Sequence record: SRR31156797_15621
Strand: one strand, 5' to 3'
Length of the DNA: 41,960 bases
The notes under the pieces are model-generated. The model was not told the origin of the DNA, did not search any database, and saw only the letters and a program-made list of their open reading frames with translations. Positions 9,610 to 18,174 of the stretch are shown here, one piece after another. The position numbers were made by a program, and so were the translations under genes. Within the stretch, counting starts at the first letter, position 1; the number at the start of each line of letters is the position of its first letter.

Positions 9610-11028
9610 TTAAATATCTACAGGCAGTTTTTCGCCTTCACTTTTGGCAATAATGACCGAACCGCAGCTATCGCTCCAAACATTCACCGTGGTGCGGAAC
9701 ATATCCAAAATCCGATCAACGGCAAGAATAAGACCAACACCTTCGAGCGGAAGCTGGACTGCAGAAAGAATGACCGTAATCATCACAAGCCCTGCCATGG
9801 GTATTGCCGCAGCACCGATAGAAGCAAGCAGCGCGGTACCCACAATGATAAACTGATTCAACAGCGTCATTTCCACACCATATGCCTGCGCAATAAACAT
9901 GGCGGCCACACACTCGTATAGTGCCGTTCCGTCCATATTTACGGTGGCGCCAAGTGGCAGTGTGAAACTGCTTATTTTATTTGAAACACCTGATTTTTGC
10001 TCCACAGCATTGATGGTGAGTGGCAAAGTAGCTCCGGAAGATGAGGTGGAAAAAGCCGTAAGCAACGGGGTGGACATGTTGTTGAGATGGGCCCAGGGTT
10101 TTACTTTTCCGATGAACCTTGAAAGCAACGGCAGTGTAATAAGAGCATGGATGGCAAGCGCTGCAATAACCGTCCCCATGTACAAACTCATACTTGAGAT
10201 AAGGTTAATGAGGTCGTCCTGATCGGCAACAACTTTGGCAACGATCCCAAAAATACCAAGTGGCGTAAATTTAATAATGAAAAGCACAATCTTCATCATC
10301 ACATCAAAAACAGAATTGAAAAGGTCGATCAAAAACTGCTTAGGCCGGTCGTCGATTTTCATGATGAAGAATCCAAACAGAATGGCGAAGAATATGATCG
10401 AAAGCATATCAGCATCGGCAAAGGCCTTGAAAATGTTGTCAGGAACAATCTCAACAATGATTTCCAGAAAGCTTTTTTGTTTATCCACCAGACCCTCAAC
10501 TTCGGCAGTCAGGTTGATATCTGCACCTACACCAGGCCTGATAACGTTAACCAGTACAAGGCCGGTGACAATGGCAAAAATGCTGGTCATTACGTAATAT
10601 CCCATGGTTTTCATGCCAAGCCGGCCCAGATTGCTCCCGCTGCCAATGTTCGTCACCCCCGAGATCAACGAACTCAGGATTAGCGGGATAATGATCATCT
10701 TTAGAGCCCGCAGAAAAAGATCACCCATCCAGCTTACAGCGTTTATTGCGGGATTGCGGTAGGTGGCTTTTACGATGGTGGGATAATATTTACCGAATTC
10801 CGATTCGGTGAGTTTGTCAGCGAGTGTTTCTTCAAGCGATTTTTGAGTTGTAAAAGTTTTGCCCTGAAGCTCACCCACCTTATTCAACACTTCCTCGTTC
10901 AGGATCTTTTTTCCCATTTTTTTCGAAGAGGAATCATCAATAGCATATTCGGTAGGGAAAATGATACCGTAAATAATGGCCAGTATCAAGGCTATCAGGA
11001 TTTGCCAGTGGAGTGCGATTTTCTTCAT
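9610..11028 (-). CDS. Dicarboxylate/amino acid:cation symporter (DAACS, GltP/GltPh family)
   Basis: FLRALKMIIIPL, AFSTSSSGATLP, LPLGATVNMDGTALY, DRILDMFRTTVNVWSD. Confidence 0.93.
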   Translation of the reverse strand: MKKIALHWQILIALILAIIYGIIFPTEYAIDDSSSKKMGKKILNEEVLNKVGELQGKTFTTQKSLEETLADKLTESEFGKYYPTIVKATYRNPAINAVSWMGDLFLRALKMIIIPLILSSLISGVTNIGSGSNLGRLGMKTMGYYVMTSIFAIVTGLVLVNVIRPGVGADINLTAEVEGLVDKQKSFLEIIVEIVPDNIFKAFADADMLSIIFFAILFGFFIMKIDDRPKQFLIDLFNSVFDVMMKIVLFIIKFTPLGIFGIVAKVVADQDDLINLISSMSLYMGTVIAALAIHALITLPLLSRFIGKVKPWAHLNNMSTPLLTAFSTSSSGATLPLTINAVEQKSGVSNKISSFTLPLGATVNMDGTALYECVAAMFIAQAYGVEMTLLNQFIIVGTALLASIGAAAIPMAGLVMITVILSAVQLPLEGVGLILAVDRILDMFRTTVNVWSDSCGSVIIAKSEGEKLPVDI

Positions 11029-11160
11029 CGGTTTTTGGTTATAGTTTATGTATTTTCAATACTCACGAAATCTTTAAATAGTGTGCTTTTTAAGGTTACA
11101 TAAAAAAAACTAGTTTTTAATAACAGATAAACACAAATGTTTTTGCTTCATTTTAAATCA

Positions 11161-12186
11161 TTATTTTTCTAGTTTATTTTTCGCAATTTCTATGGCCCTT
11201 TGTAATCTTTGTTGCAATACTTCTTTAGGCGGCAGTATAGTCAGGTACTCAGAAACTTTAATATTACTTTGTTCGACGTTCATCAGCTCGATGTGCTCAC
11301 TGTTTTTTCCTGCACACAGAATTAATCCAATAGGATTATTTTCACCTTTTACCATTTCATGTTTTTTTAGGTAGTTAAGGAAAAGCTCCATTTGTCCTTT
11401 ATTGGAAGCTTCGAATTCGCCCAATTTTAAATCGATTGCTACGAGGCATTTAAGACGGCGGTGATAAAATAACAGATCGATATAGTAATCTCGGGCATCA
11501 ACCATTATTCTTTTTTGCCTGGCCATAAATGCAAAATCGTTGCCCAGTTCAATAATAAAACGTTGAAGTTCAGTTAATATAGAATTTTCTAAATCTTTTT
11601 CGGAATAGGTATCGGACAAACCGAGAAAATCAAGAAAATAGGGGTCTCGAAAAACCAGGTCAGGGCTGATCTTTTGATCAGTTTCAAGGTTTTGTAACTC
11701 TGCCTTTATAGTTTCCTCAGGCTTTTTACTAATGGCTGTGCGTTCGTAGAGCATTGATTTTATCCGATCCTGAAGCATTCGGGAACTCCATTTTTCATGC
11801 TTGCACATTTCAATATAAAAGGAGCGTTTTAATTCATCATCCAGATAAACAATTGTCTTAATGTGAGTCCAACTTAATTCTCTCCGCACTGCGGAGAAAA
11901 TCTCAAGATTAGGAAAAACCTCCGCAGTGCGGAGACAATGTTGTAATTGTTTTTCGCTCCAACCTTTTCCAAATTCTTCTGTTAATCGTGTACTCTGTAC
12001 TTTTAAAATATGCTTGCCGTACTCAGCACGTTTATTCTTAAGAATATCTGTTTTTATGCGTTTACCGACATTCCAATACAACAAAGATAGTTCGGCGTTA
12101 ACCGAAAGGGCTACCCGTCGTCTGCTATCGTTTATTAGTTGACGAATCTCGGAGAAAATATCTGTTCTATAATTTAAATCTGTCAT
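11161..12186 (-). CDS. yhcG: DUF1016 / YhcG family PD-(D/E)XK nuclease-domain protein
   Basis: VNAELSLLYWNVG, RAEYG, LSWTH, FRDPYFLDFL, SEKDLE, ELGNDFAFMARQKRI, IDLLFYHRRLKCLVAIDLK, GQMELFL, PIGLILC. Confidence 0.92.
   Translation of the reverse strand: MTDLNYRTDIFSEIRQLINDSRRRVALSVNAELSLLYWNVGKRIKTDILKNKRAEYGKHILKVQSTRLTEEFGKGWSEKQLQHCLRTAEVFPNLEIFSAVRRELSWTHIKTIVYLDDELKRSFYIEMCKHEKWSSRMLQDRIKSMLYERTAISKKPEETIKAELQNLETDQKISPDLVFRDPYFLDFLGLSDTYSEKDLENSILTELQRFIIELGNDFAFMARQKRIMVDARDYYIDLLFYHRRLKCLVAIDLKLGEFEASNKGQMELFLNYLKKHEMVKGENNPIGLILCAGKNSEHIELMNVEQSNIKVSEYLTILPPKEVLQQRLQRAIEIAKNKLEK
11881..11939. repeat. Duplicated palindrome inside yhcG
   Basis: CTCCGCA-C-TGCGGAG (11882-11896) and CTCCGCA-G-TGCGGAG (11920-11934); 18/20 direct repeat at 38-nt offset and a perfect 16-bp inverted repeat. 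Confidence 0.9.
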
Positions 12187-12241
12187 CGAGTCATAATCTA
12201 TTGCCAGTTTAATTCTGAAGAAACATCAAAACTTCTGTGGT

Positions 12242-12249
12242 CAAAATTA
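12242..12249 (-). promoter_or_regulatory. -7 box (TAATTTTG) for yhcG
   Basis: TAnnTTTG on the minus strand 56 nt upstream of the ATG. Confidence 0.5.
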
Positions 12250-12371
12250 ATAATTTACTACGGAGATGGTTAAAGCAGCTTAAATTGAAAAGAATAATCA
12301 GTATTGAAAAGAGTGGATTAATGAATTGTAAATAGGGTCTATATGTATTTGTTCTGACTGAAAATGGAAGC

Positions 12372-12404
12372 TTTGGAGTCATGTTTTAAAAATGTCTAAT
12401 TTTG
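12372..12404 (+). promoter_or_regulatory. Bacteroidota sigma-A promoter (-33 TTTG / -7 TAATTTTG)
   Basis: TTTG at 12372-12375 and TAATTTTG at 12397-12404, 21-nt spacer, 27 nt before ATG 12432. Confidence 0.6.
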
Positions 12405-12431
12405 TTTATTCCAATTTAAAGTAATAAAATC

Positions 12432-14000
12432 ATGAATCTCAAAAACTGTATTCTCTCACTTACAACGCTTTTACTGGCACTCAACGTTGCCGCGCAACAC
12501 GAAAACATCATGATCAGTAACTCCAATAACCCGGAGGAACCCTGCATTTATGTCGATCCTTTCAACACAGACAGGCTTATTGCCGGGGCAAATATTTACA
12601 ATGTTTTTTATTCAGAAGATGGTGGATACACCTGGAACGTGGATGAGCTTTATTCTGCCTCTTACGGTGTTTGGGGCGATCCGGTTACCATTGTTGATAA
12701 TGATGGCAATTACCTGTTTTTTCACCTAAGCAACCCGGCCAGCGGTAGCTGGATCGACAGGATTGTGTGCCAGAAATCCACTGATGGTGGGCAAACCTGG
12801 AATGATGGAACTTACATGGGGCTAAACGGGACAAAAGCCCAGGACAAGCACTGGGTTGACATCGATCGAAATAACGGAAACATTTATGTAACATGGACGC
12901 AATTTGACGATTACGGAAGCTCTAACCCCAATGACAGGAGTAATATCATGTTTTCGAAATCACTGGATAACGGCGATTCATGGTCGCCCGCCATGCGTAT
13001 TAATGAAGTGGATGGTGACTGTATTGATGATGACAATACCGTTGAAGGAGCCGTTCCTGCGGTTGGCCCCAATGGTGAGATTTATGTGGCCTGGGCCGGA
13101 CCAGAAGGAATCGTGTTCGACAAATCACTTGATCAGGGAGAAACCTGGTTAGAGGAAGATATTTTTGTTACAGAGTTCCCGGGTGGCTGGGCTTACGATA
13201 TTCCCGGGATTTCACGGTGCAATGGGTTACCCATTACAGTTTGTGATTTAAGTGGAGGTGAAAATCATGGCACGATTTATATCAACTGGACCGACCAACG
13301 CTATGGAACAGATGATACAGATGTGTGGCTGGTGAAGTCGACAGATGGTGGTGAAACCTGGAGTGAACCTGCACGTGTTAACGATGACCCACCCGGCAAA
13401 CAACAATTTTTTACCTGGATGACTGTTGATCAGATAACCGGCCATTTGTGGTTTGTTTATTACGACCGGCGTAATTACGACGATAACAACACCGACGTTT
13501 ACATGGCTTTTTCGATTGACGGTGGCGAAACATTCGTAAATTTCAAGGTAAGCGAGGAGCCCTTCCTTCCAATGTCGTCTGTGTTTTTTGGTGATTATAA
13601 TAATGTGTCGGCTCACAATGGAGTGGTCAGGCCAATCTGGACAAGGTTACATAACGGAGACCTCAGTGTTTGGACTGCTATTGTAGATCCATTGATTACT
13701 TCCACACCTGAATATGAAGAGCCCGCTATACCCTTTGCCCTGGAGCAAAACTATCCCAATCCGTTTAGCGAGTCCACGCATTTTTCCTTCAAGATAAAAT
13801 CAAAATCTGAGGTCACACTCAAGATTACCGATATTATGGGCAGAGAAATCATCACCCTCATCGATCACGAAGTACGGGATGCCGGCGCGTATTTTGAACA
13901 TTTTAATGCAACAATGCATCACTTAAATCCAGGTGTTTACTACTTTTCGCTAACCGGGGAAGATGTGAACCAGGTGCGAAAAATGGTGATTGAACGATAG
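12432..14000 (+). CDS. Secreted BNR/Asp-box beta-propeller (sialidase-like fold) protein with T9SS type A sorting domain
   Basis: Signal peptide; six Asp-boxes (SEDGGYTW, STDGGQTW, SLDNGDSW, SLDQGETW, STDGGETW, SIDGGETF); CTD LEQNYPNPF...GVYYFSL...RKMVI. Confidence 0.85.
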   Translation: MNLKNCILSLTTLLLALNVAAQHENIMISNSNNPEEPCIYVDPFNTDRLIAGANIYNVFYSEDGGYTWNVDELYSASYGVWGDPVTIVDNDGNYLFFHLSNPASGSWIDRIVCQKSTDGGQTWNDGTYMGLNGTKAQDKHWVDIDRNNGNIYVTWTQFDDYGSSNPNDRSNIMFSKSLDNGDSWSPAMRINEVDGDCIDDDNTVEGAVPAVGPNGEIYVAWAGPEGIVFDKSLDQGETWLEEDIFVTEFPGGWAYDIPGISRCNGLPITVCDLSGGENHGTIYINWTDQRYGTDDTDVWLVKSTDGGETWSEPARVNDDPPGKQQFFTWMTVDQITGHLWFVYYDRRNYDDNNTDVYMAFSIDGGETFVNFKVSEEPFLPMSSVFFGDYNNVSAHNGVVRPIWTRLHNGDLSVWTAIVDPLITSTPEYEEPAIPFALEQNYPNPFSESTHFSFKIKSKSEVTLKITDIMGREIITLIDHEVRDAGAYFEHFNATMHHLNPGVYYFSLTGEDVNQVRKMVIER

Positions 14001-14095
14001 AAATCAAATTAATTCTGCGATAGTTTATTACATCAAATATTTTTGATGTTGATAACCCTTTGAAAATCTGTTGATTCCCGTTTGGGATTTTGTTA

Positions 14096-14103
14096 TATTT
14101 TTG
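14096..14103 (+). promoter_or_regulatory. -7 box (TATTTTTG) for the first TetR-like gene
   Basis: TAnnTTTG 38 nt before ATG 14142; TTG at 14071. Confidence 0.5.
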
Positions 14104-14141
14104 CGCGGTTATTTATATGGTTCAATTTGACCCACGACTTG

Positions 14142-14774
14142 ATGGACGATCAACTCAAACAGATTCTTTCTAAAATCAGGATGCTGGCCCTCCAGGACGG
14201 CATCGACAATATCTCAATAAAATCCATTTGCGAAAAACTTGGCATTTGTGAGGATACTTTCTATCAGCACATTAAAGATGAAAACGACCTTGTTGTAAAA
14301 ATTCTGGATTTTGAACGGGGTAGTTTCAGCGATATATTTGATGAATATGATTTTGAAGGGATGAATGCGATCGACATCCTGATGATCGTGAGCAAGGAAA
14401 TAGCAAGCCGTTATTACGATGTAACCCCTACCATAAGTGTTCTGCTCAAAGAACGATATCCGGAAGTTTACCAGGATCACTTTAAAAAGCGCATGGATTT
14501 TATTTTTATGAAAATCCAGATCAACCTGCAAAAAGGGATCAGCCAGGGCATGTATCGTGACGACCTGAGTATTGAGCTGATATCCAGATTGTACATGAGT
14601 CGCTTAATTGACGTCCACAACGAAAGCATTTTCCCGTCATCCCAGTTTTCATTCAACACCCTGTTCGAGGTCATGTTCGAGAGCTTCGTGCGCAGTGTGG
14701 CCACACCTGTAGGGCTTAACTATTTCGAGAAAAAGAAAAAGAGCCTCAACTTTACGAAACGTAAGATTAAGTAA
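14142..14774 (+). CDS. TetR/AcrR family regulator (divergent HTH)
   Basis: GIDNISIKSICEKLGICEDTFYQH HTH-like segment; C-terminal NLQKGISQGMYRDDL similar to the next gene; ATG 14142 follows the promoter box. Confidence 0.78.
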   Translation: MDDQLKQILSKIRMLALQDGIDNISIKSICEKLGICEDTFYQHIKDENDLVVKILDFERGSFSDIFDEYDFEGMNAIDILMIVSKEIASRYYDVTPTISVLLKERYPEVYQDHFKKRMDFIFMKIQINLQKGISQGMYRDDLSIELISRLYMSRLIDVHNESIFPSSQFSFNTLFEVMFESFVRSVATPVGLNYFEKKKKSLNFTKRKIK

Positions 14775-14831
14775 GCAATCCCAAACTTTTCAGAACAACA
14801 TTTCGTTCGGCTTTCTGTTATTGGACACGAT

Positions 14832-14859
14832 GGAAACGTTTTGGGTTTAAATCGTTTCC
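14832..14859. promoter_or_regulatory. Candidate TetR operator
   Basis: GGAAACGTTTT-N6-AAATCGTTTCC, 10/11 inverted repeat just upstream of the second tetR and the efflux operon. Confidence 0.55.
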
Positions 14860-14885
14860 GGTTTAATTTAACAGGAGTATACAAA

Positions 14886-15518
14886 TTGGAAAAAACGGAA
14901 CACCAGGAAAAACTGGATTACATTTTAAGATCAAGCACAGCACTTTTTAAGAATTTTGGGATCAGGAGCATTTCGATGGATGATATTGCCCGTGAACTGG
15001 GCATATCAAAAAAAACACTCTATCAGTTTGTCGACAATAAATCTGACCTGATCAGTAAGGGATTTGGCAAGGTTCAGGAAGATTTTAAGCAATCTATCGA
15101 AAATGTGTGTAACCAGGGTATGAATGCCATTGATGAACTTCTTGAAGTGAGTAAAATGGTTAATGAGGCTATCAAAAAATACAACCCTTCAAACGTATTT
15201 GACCTGAGGAAATATTACCCCGAAATTTATGATGAGCATATAAACGAAGACAAGGAATATTCCTACAGGATGATCCTCGAAAACCTGCGAAAAGGAATTC
15301 AGGGAAAAATTTATCGCGATGACCTTGATGTGGAATTGGTGGCCGGTTTATATATCCAGAAAGTAGAAAGTATGCACAGTGAAAAGATGCTTGGTCAGGG
15401 TAAATTCACCATGGATAGAATTTTTGAAGTGATGTTCGAAAATCACATACGTGGAATAGCCAACGCCAAAGGCATAGCATATTTTGAAGAACGCAAACAG
15501 CAACTAAATTTTAAATAA
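14886..15518 (+). CDS. TetR/AcrR family regulator
   Basis: LFKNFGIRSISMDDIARELGISKKTLYQFVDNKSDL canonical HTH; probable TTG start at 14886 (ORF open from 14841). Confidence 0.9.
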   Translation: MEKTEHQEKLDYILRSSTALFKNFGIRSISMDDIARELGISKKTLYQFVDNKSDLISKGFGKVQEDFKQSIENVCNQGMNAIDELLEVSKMVNEAIKKYNPSNVFDLRKYYPEIYDEHINEDKEYSYRMILENLRKGIQGKIYRDDLDVELVAGLYIQKVESMHSEKMLGQGKFTMDRIFEVMFENHIRGIANAKGIAYFEERKQQLNFK

Positions 15519-15520
15519 GC

Positions 15521-16897
15521 ATGAAGAAAAATCTGGTATTCATATTCATATTTTTCATGGGATTTATTCCCCGGACAAATGCACAGGAACAAAATACCGA
15601 TACAACGGTATTTTATTTTAGCCTGGAAGAGGCGCGTGTTTTTGCCACCGAAAACAATTATGATGTAATCAATGCGCTTAAAGACATTGAGATCGCCCGT
15701 AAGCAGGTTAAAGAAACCACAGCCATCGGCCTCCCGCAGGTTGATGCATCATTGGCATACAACGATTTTATTGATATTCCCACGCAACTTATCCCTGCGG
15801 AATTTTTATTTCCGGGAGACCCCAATTACGAAGGCCAGTTTTTCCCGGTGAAATTTGGCACCAAGTATAATATGACGGCTTCAGCAACAGCAAGCCAGTT
15901 GTTATTTAGTGGCGAGTATATTGTAGGTTTGCAGGCTTCCAGGGTGTTTGTAAATCTTTCAGAAAAGCAATATGATAAAATTGTGCTCGAACTCGACAGG
16001 AGTGTTGCCGAGTCGTATTACCTGGTTTTAATCGCCGAACGCAATAAGAGTATTGTTGATTCAACGCTGGTTTCACTCAAAGAAATCAGGGAAGCAAACC
16101 AGGCACTGTACGAAAATGGATTTATTGAAGATACGGATGTTGACCAGGTGGACCTGCTGATTTCTGATCTTGAAGCAACATTGATCAACATTGATAACAA
16201 CCTGTCCATATCCAAAAACATGCTGAAATTCACCATGGGACTGCAACTGGAAAACGAGATTGTCCTTACTGATGACCTGGATGAAATTCTGGACAGGCTC
16301 GATAAAGAAATTCTGGAAAACACCGAATTTGACTATCGCAAAAATATCGACTATAAAATTCTGGAAAACCAGCAGGAACTGGCCTATCTGGATTTAAAAC
16401 GCTACAAATCACAATATCTCCCGCAGCTTTATACATTCTTTTCTTATCAGGAGAATGCTTACAGACAACAATGGAATTTCCTGAACAGCGGTGAAGACTG
16501 GTTTAAAACAACCTTATGGGGCGTACAGTTGGATATCCCAATTTTCCAGAGTGGTGCAAGGTCGGCAAAAGTGAGCCAGGCCAAAATTCAGCTCGACAAA
16601 CTGGCTGTGGCAGATCAAAAACTTAAATCGGGTTTAAAAATCCAGCTAAGTACGATTCGCAATAATTTCCTCAATTCATGGAAGATATACCAAAACCGTA
16701 AACAGGGTCTTGATCTGTCCTATAAAATCTACGATAAAACACGGCAAAAATTACAGGAAGGGGTTTCATCAACCATTGAGCTGCAGCAAAATTATAACCA
16801 GTATCTCGATTCAGAAAGTCAATATGTGATGGCAATCATGGACATGTTGAACTATAAGCTGCAACTCGAACAACTGCTTACAGAATATGAGAATTAA
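15521..16897 (+). CDS. TolC family outer-membrane efflux protein
   Basis: Signal peptide; FSLEEA...ENN, GLPQV, YLPQL, LDIPIFQSG, KLQEGVSSTIEL; 2 nt after the tetR stop. Confidence 0.9.
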   Translation: MKKNLVFIFIFFMGFIPRTNAQEQNTDTTVFYFSLEEARVFATENNYDVINALKDIEIARKQVKETTAIGLPQVDASLAYNDFIDIPTQLIPAEFLFPGDPNYEGQFFPVKFGTKYNMTASATASQLLFSGEYIVGLQASRVFVNLSEKQYDKIVLELDRSVAESYYLVLIAERNKSIVDSTLVSLKEIREANQALYENGFIEDTDVDQVDLLISDLEATLINIDNNLSISKNMLKFTMGLQLENEIVLTDDLDEILDRLDKEILENTEFDYRKNIDYKILENQQELAYLDLKRYKSQYLPQLYTFFSYQENAYRQQWNFLNSGEDWFKTTLWGVQLDIPIFQSGARSAKVSQAKIQLDKLAVADQKLKSGLKIQLSTIRNNFLNSWKIYQNRKQGLDLSYKIYDKTRQKLQEGVSSTIELQQNYNQYLDSESQYVMAIMDMLNYKLQLEQLLTEYEN

Positions 16898-16957
16898 ATG
16901 CAAAATCAAAAATAACTTTAAAGCGTCATTATCGAAAACTAAAACGGATATAGTCAA

Positions 16958-18130
16958 ATGAAAACAAAATATCATCAAAATATGAAATCATTCAAAATTG
17001 CCGGGCAGCTTAGCATGCTGGCATTGATTATCGCTTTGGCATTTGCTTGCGGAGGCCCCATGGATAAGGCAGTTCAACTTCAGGATTTAAAAAAGGAGCG
17101 CGATTTGCTCAACCGGCAAATCAAAGCCCTGGAAAAAGAAATTGTTGAGGAAGGCGGAGCGCTGGAAGCAGGGATTAAGATCCCGGCCGTAATTGCCGAA
17201 AAAGTTGAATCCAAAGAATTCAAACATTTTATTGATGTGCGGGGAAATGTGGAATCGGACAATAACATTTTTGTTCCGGCCATGCGCCCGTATGTCGTCA
17301 ATCGGATTTTGGTAAAAGAAGGCGATCAGGTGGAAAAGGGCCAGCTCATGGCTGAACTCGACAACGAAAGCATTACGCAAACCATCCGCGAAATTGAAAA
17401 CGGACTGGCACTGGCAACCACCATGTACGAGCGTCAGAAAAACCTTTGGGAGAAGAAAATAGGAACCGAAGTAGCCTATTTGCAGGCAAAAACATCCAAA
17501 GAGGATCTCGAAATTAAACTGGCAAATGCTAAGTCGGAGTTGGGAAAAACCAGGATTTATTCCCCCATCGACGGTACGGTTGACTATGTGGCCCTGAAAG
17601 AGGGAGAAGCTGCAGTGCCCAACATGGGAGCCATCAGGGTTTCCAATGCCTCATCACAAAAGGTGGTGGCCAAGTTATCAGAGAATTACCTGACCAATAT
17701 CCGCCGTGGTGACAAGGTTAAAGTGTATCTCCCAATCATCGACCTCACTATCGAATCAACGATTTCGGCGGTATCACAGGTTATCGATCCAAATAACCGC
17801 ACCATCGACATCGAGGTGAAGCTTCCTGACAACGGTCGCATCAATCCGAATATGCTGGCCATTGTTACCCTGAACGACTATTTAAACCCCAATGCAATTA
17901 CATTACCGGTTAATGCCATTCAACGAAGCGAAAAAAGAGATTATGTGTTTGTTGCCAGCAAAACCAATGATAACTGGATTGCCTCAATTAAAGATGTGGA
18001 AATTGGAAAAATCTCACACGATAAAGTTGAAATCACCGGTGGGTTAAATGAAGGTGAAGTGGTGATCACATTCGGGTTCAACAACATCTCATCAGGAGAT
18101 CCGGTAAGCATAACTTTCGAAAGGTATTAA
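16958..18130 (+). CDS. RND efflux periplasmic adaptor (membrane fusion protein), lipoprotein
   Basis: Lipobox LAFA-C; VKEGDQVEKGQLMAELD lipoyl motif, IYSPIDGTV, GLNEGEVVI; alternative start at 16982. Confidence 0.92.
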   Translation: MKTKYHQNMKSFKIAGQLSMLALIIALAFACGGPMDKAVQLQDLKKERDLLNRQIKALEKEIVEEGGALEAGIKIPAVIAEKVESKEFKHFIDVRGNVESDNNIFVPAMRPYVVNRILVKEGDQVEKGQLMAELDNESITQTIREIENGLALATTMYERQKNLWEKKIGTEVAYLQAKTSKEDLEIKLANAKSELGKTRIYSPIDGTVDYVALKEGEAAVPNMGAIRVSNASSQKVVAKLSENYLTNIRRGDKVKVYLPIIDLTIESTISAVSQVIDPNNRTIDIEVKLPDNGRINPNMLAIVTLNDYLNPNAITLPVNAIQRSEKRDYVFVASKTNDNWIASIKDVEIGKISHDKVEITGGLNEGEVVITFGFNNISSGDPVSITFERY

Positions 18131-18174
18131 TCCGAAAAAATCACTCAGTTTTTTGAGCATTTAAAAGATTTAAG

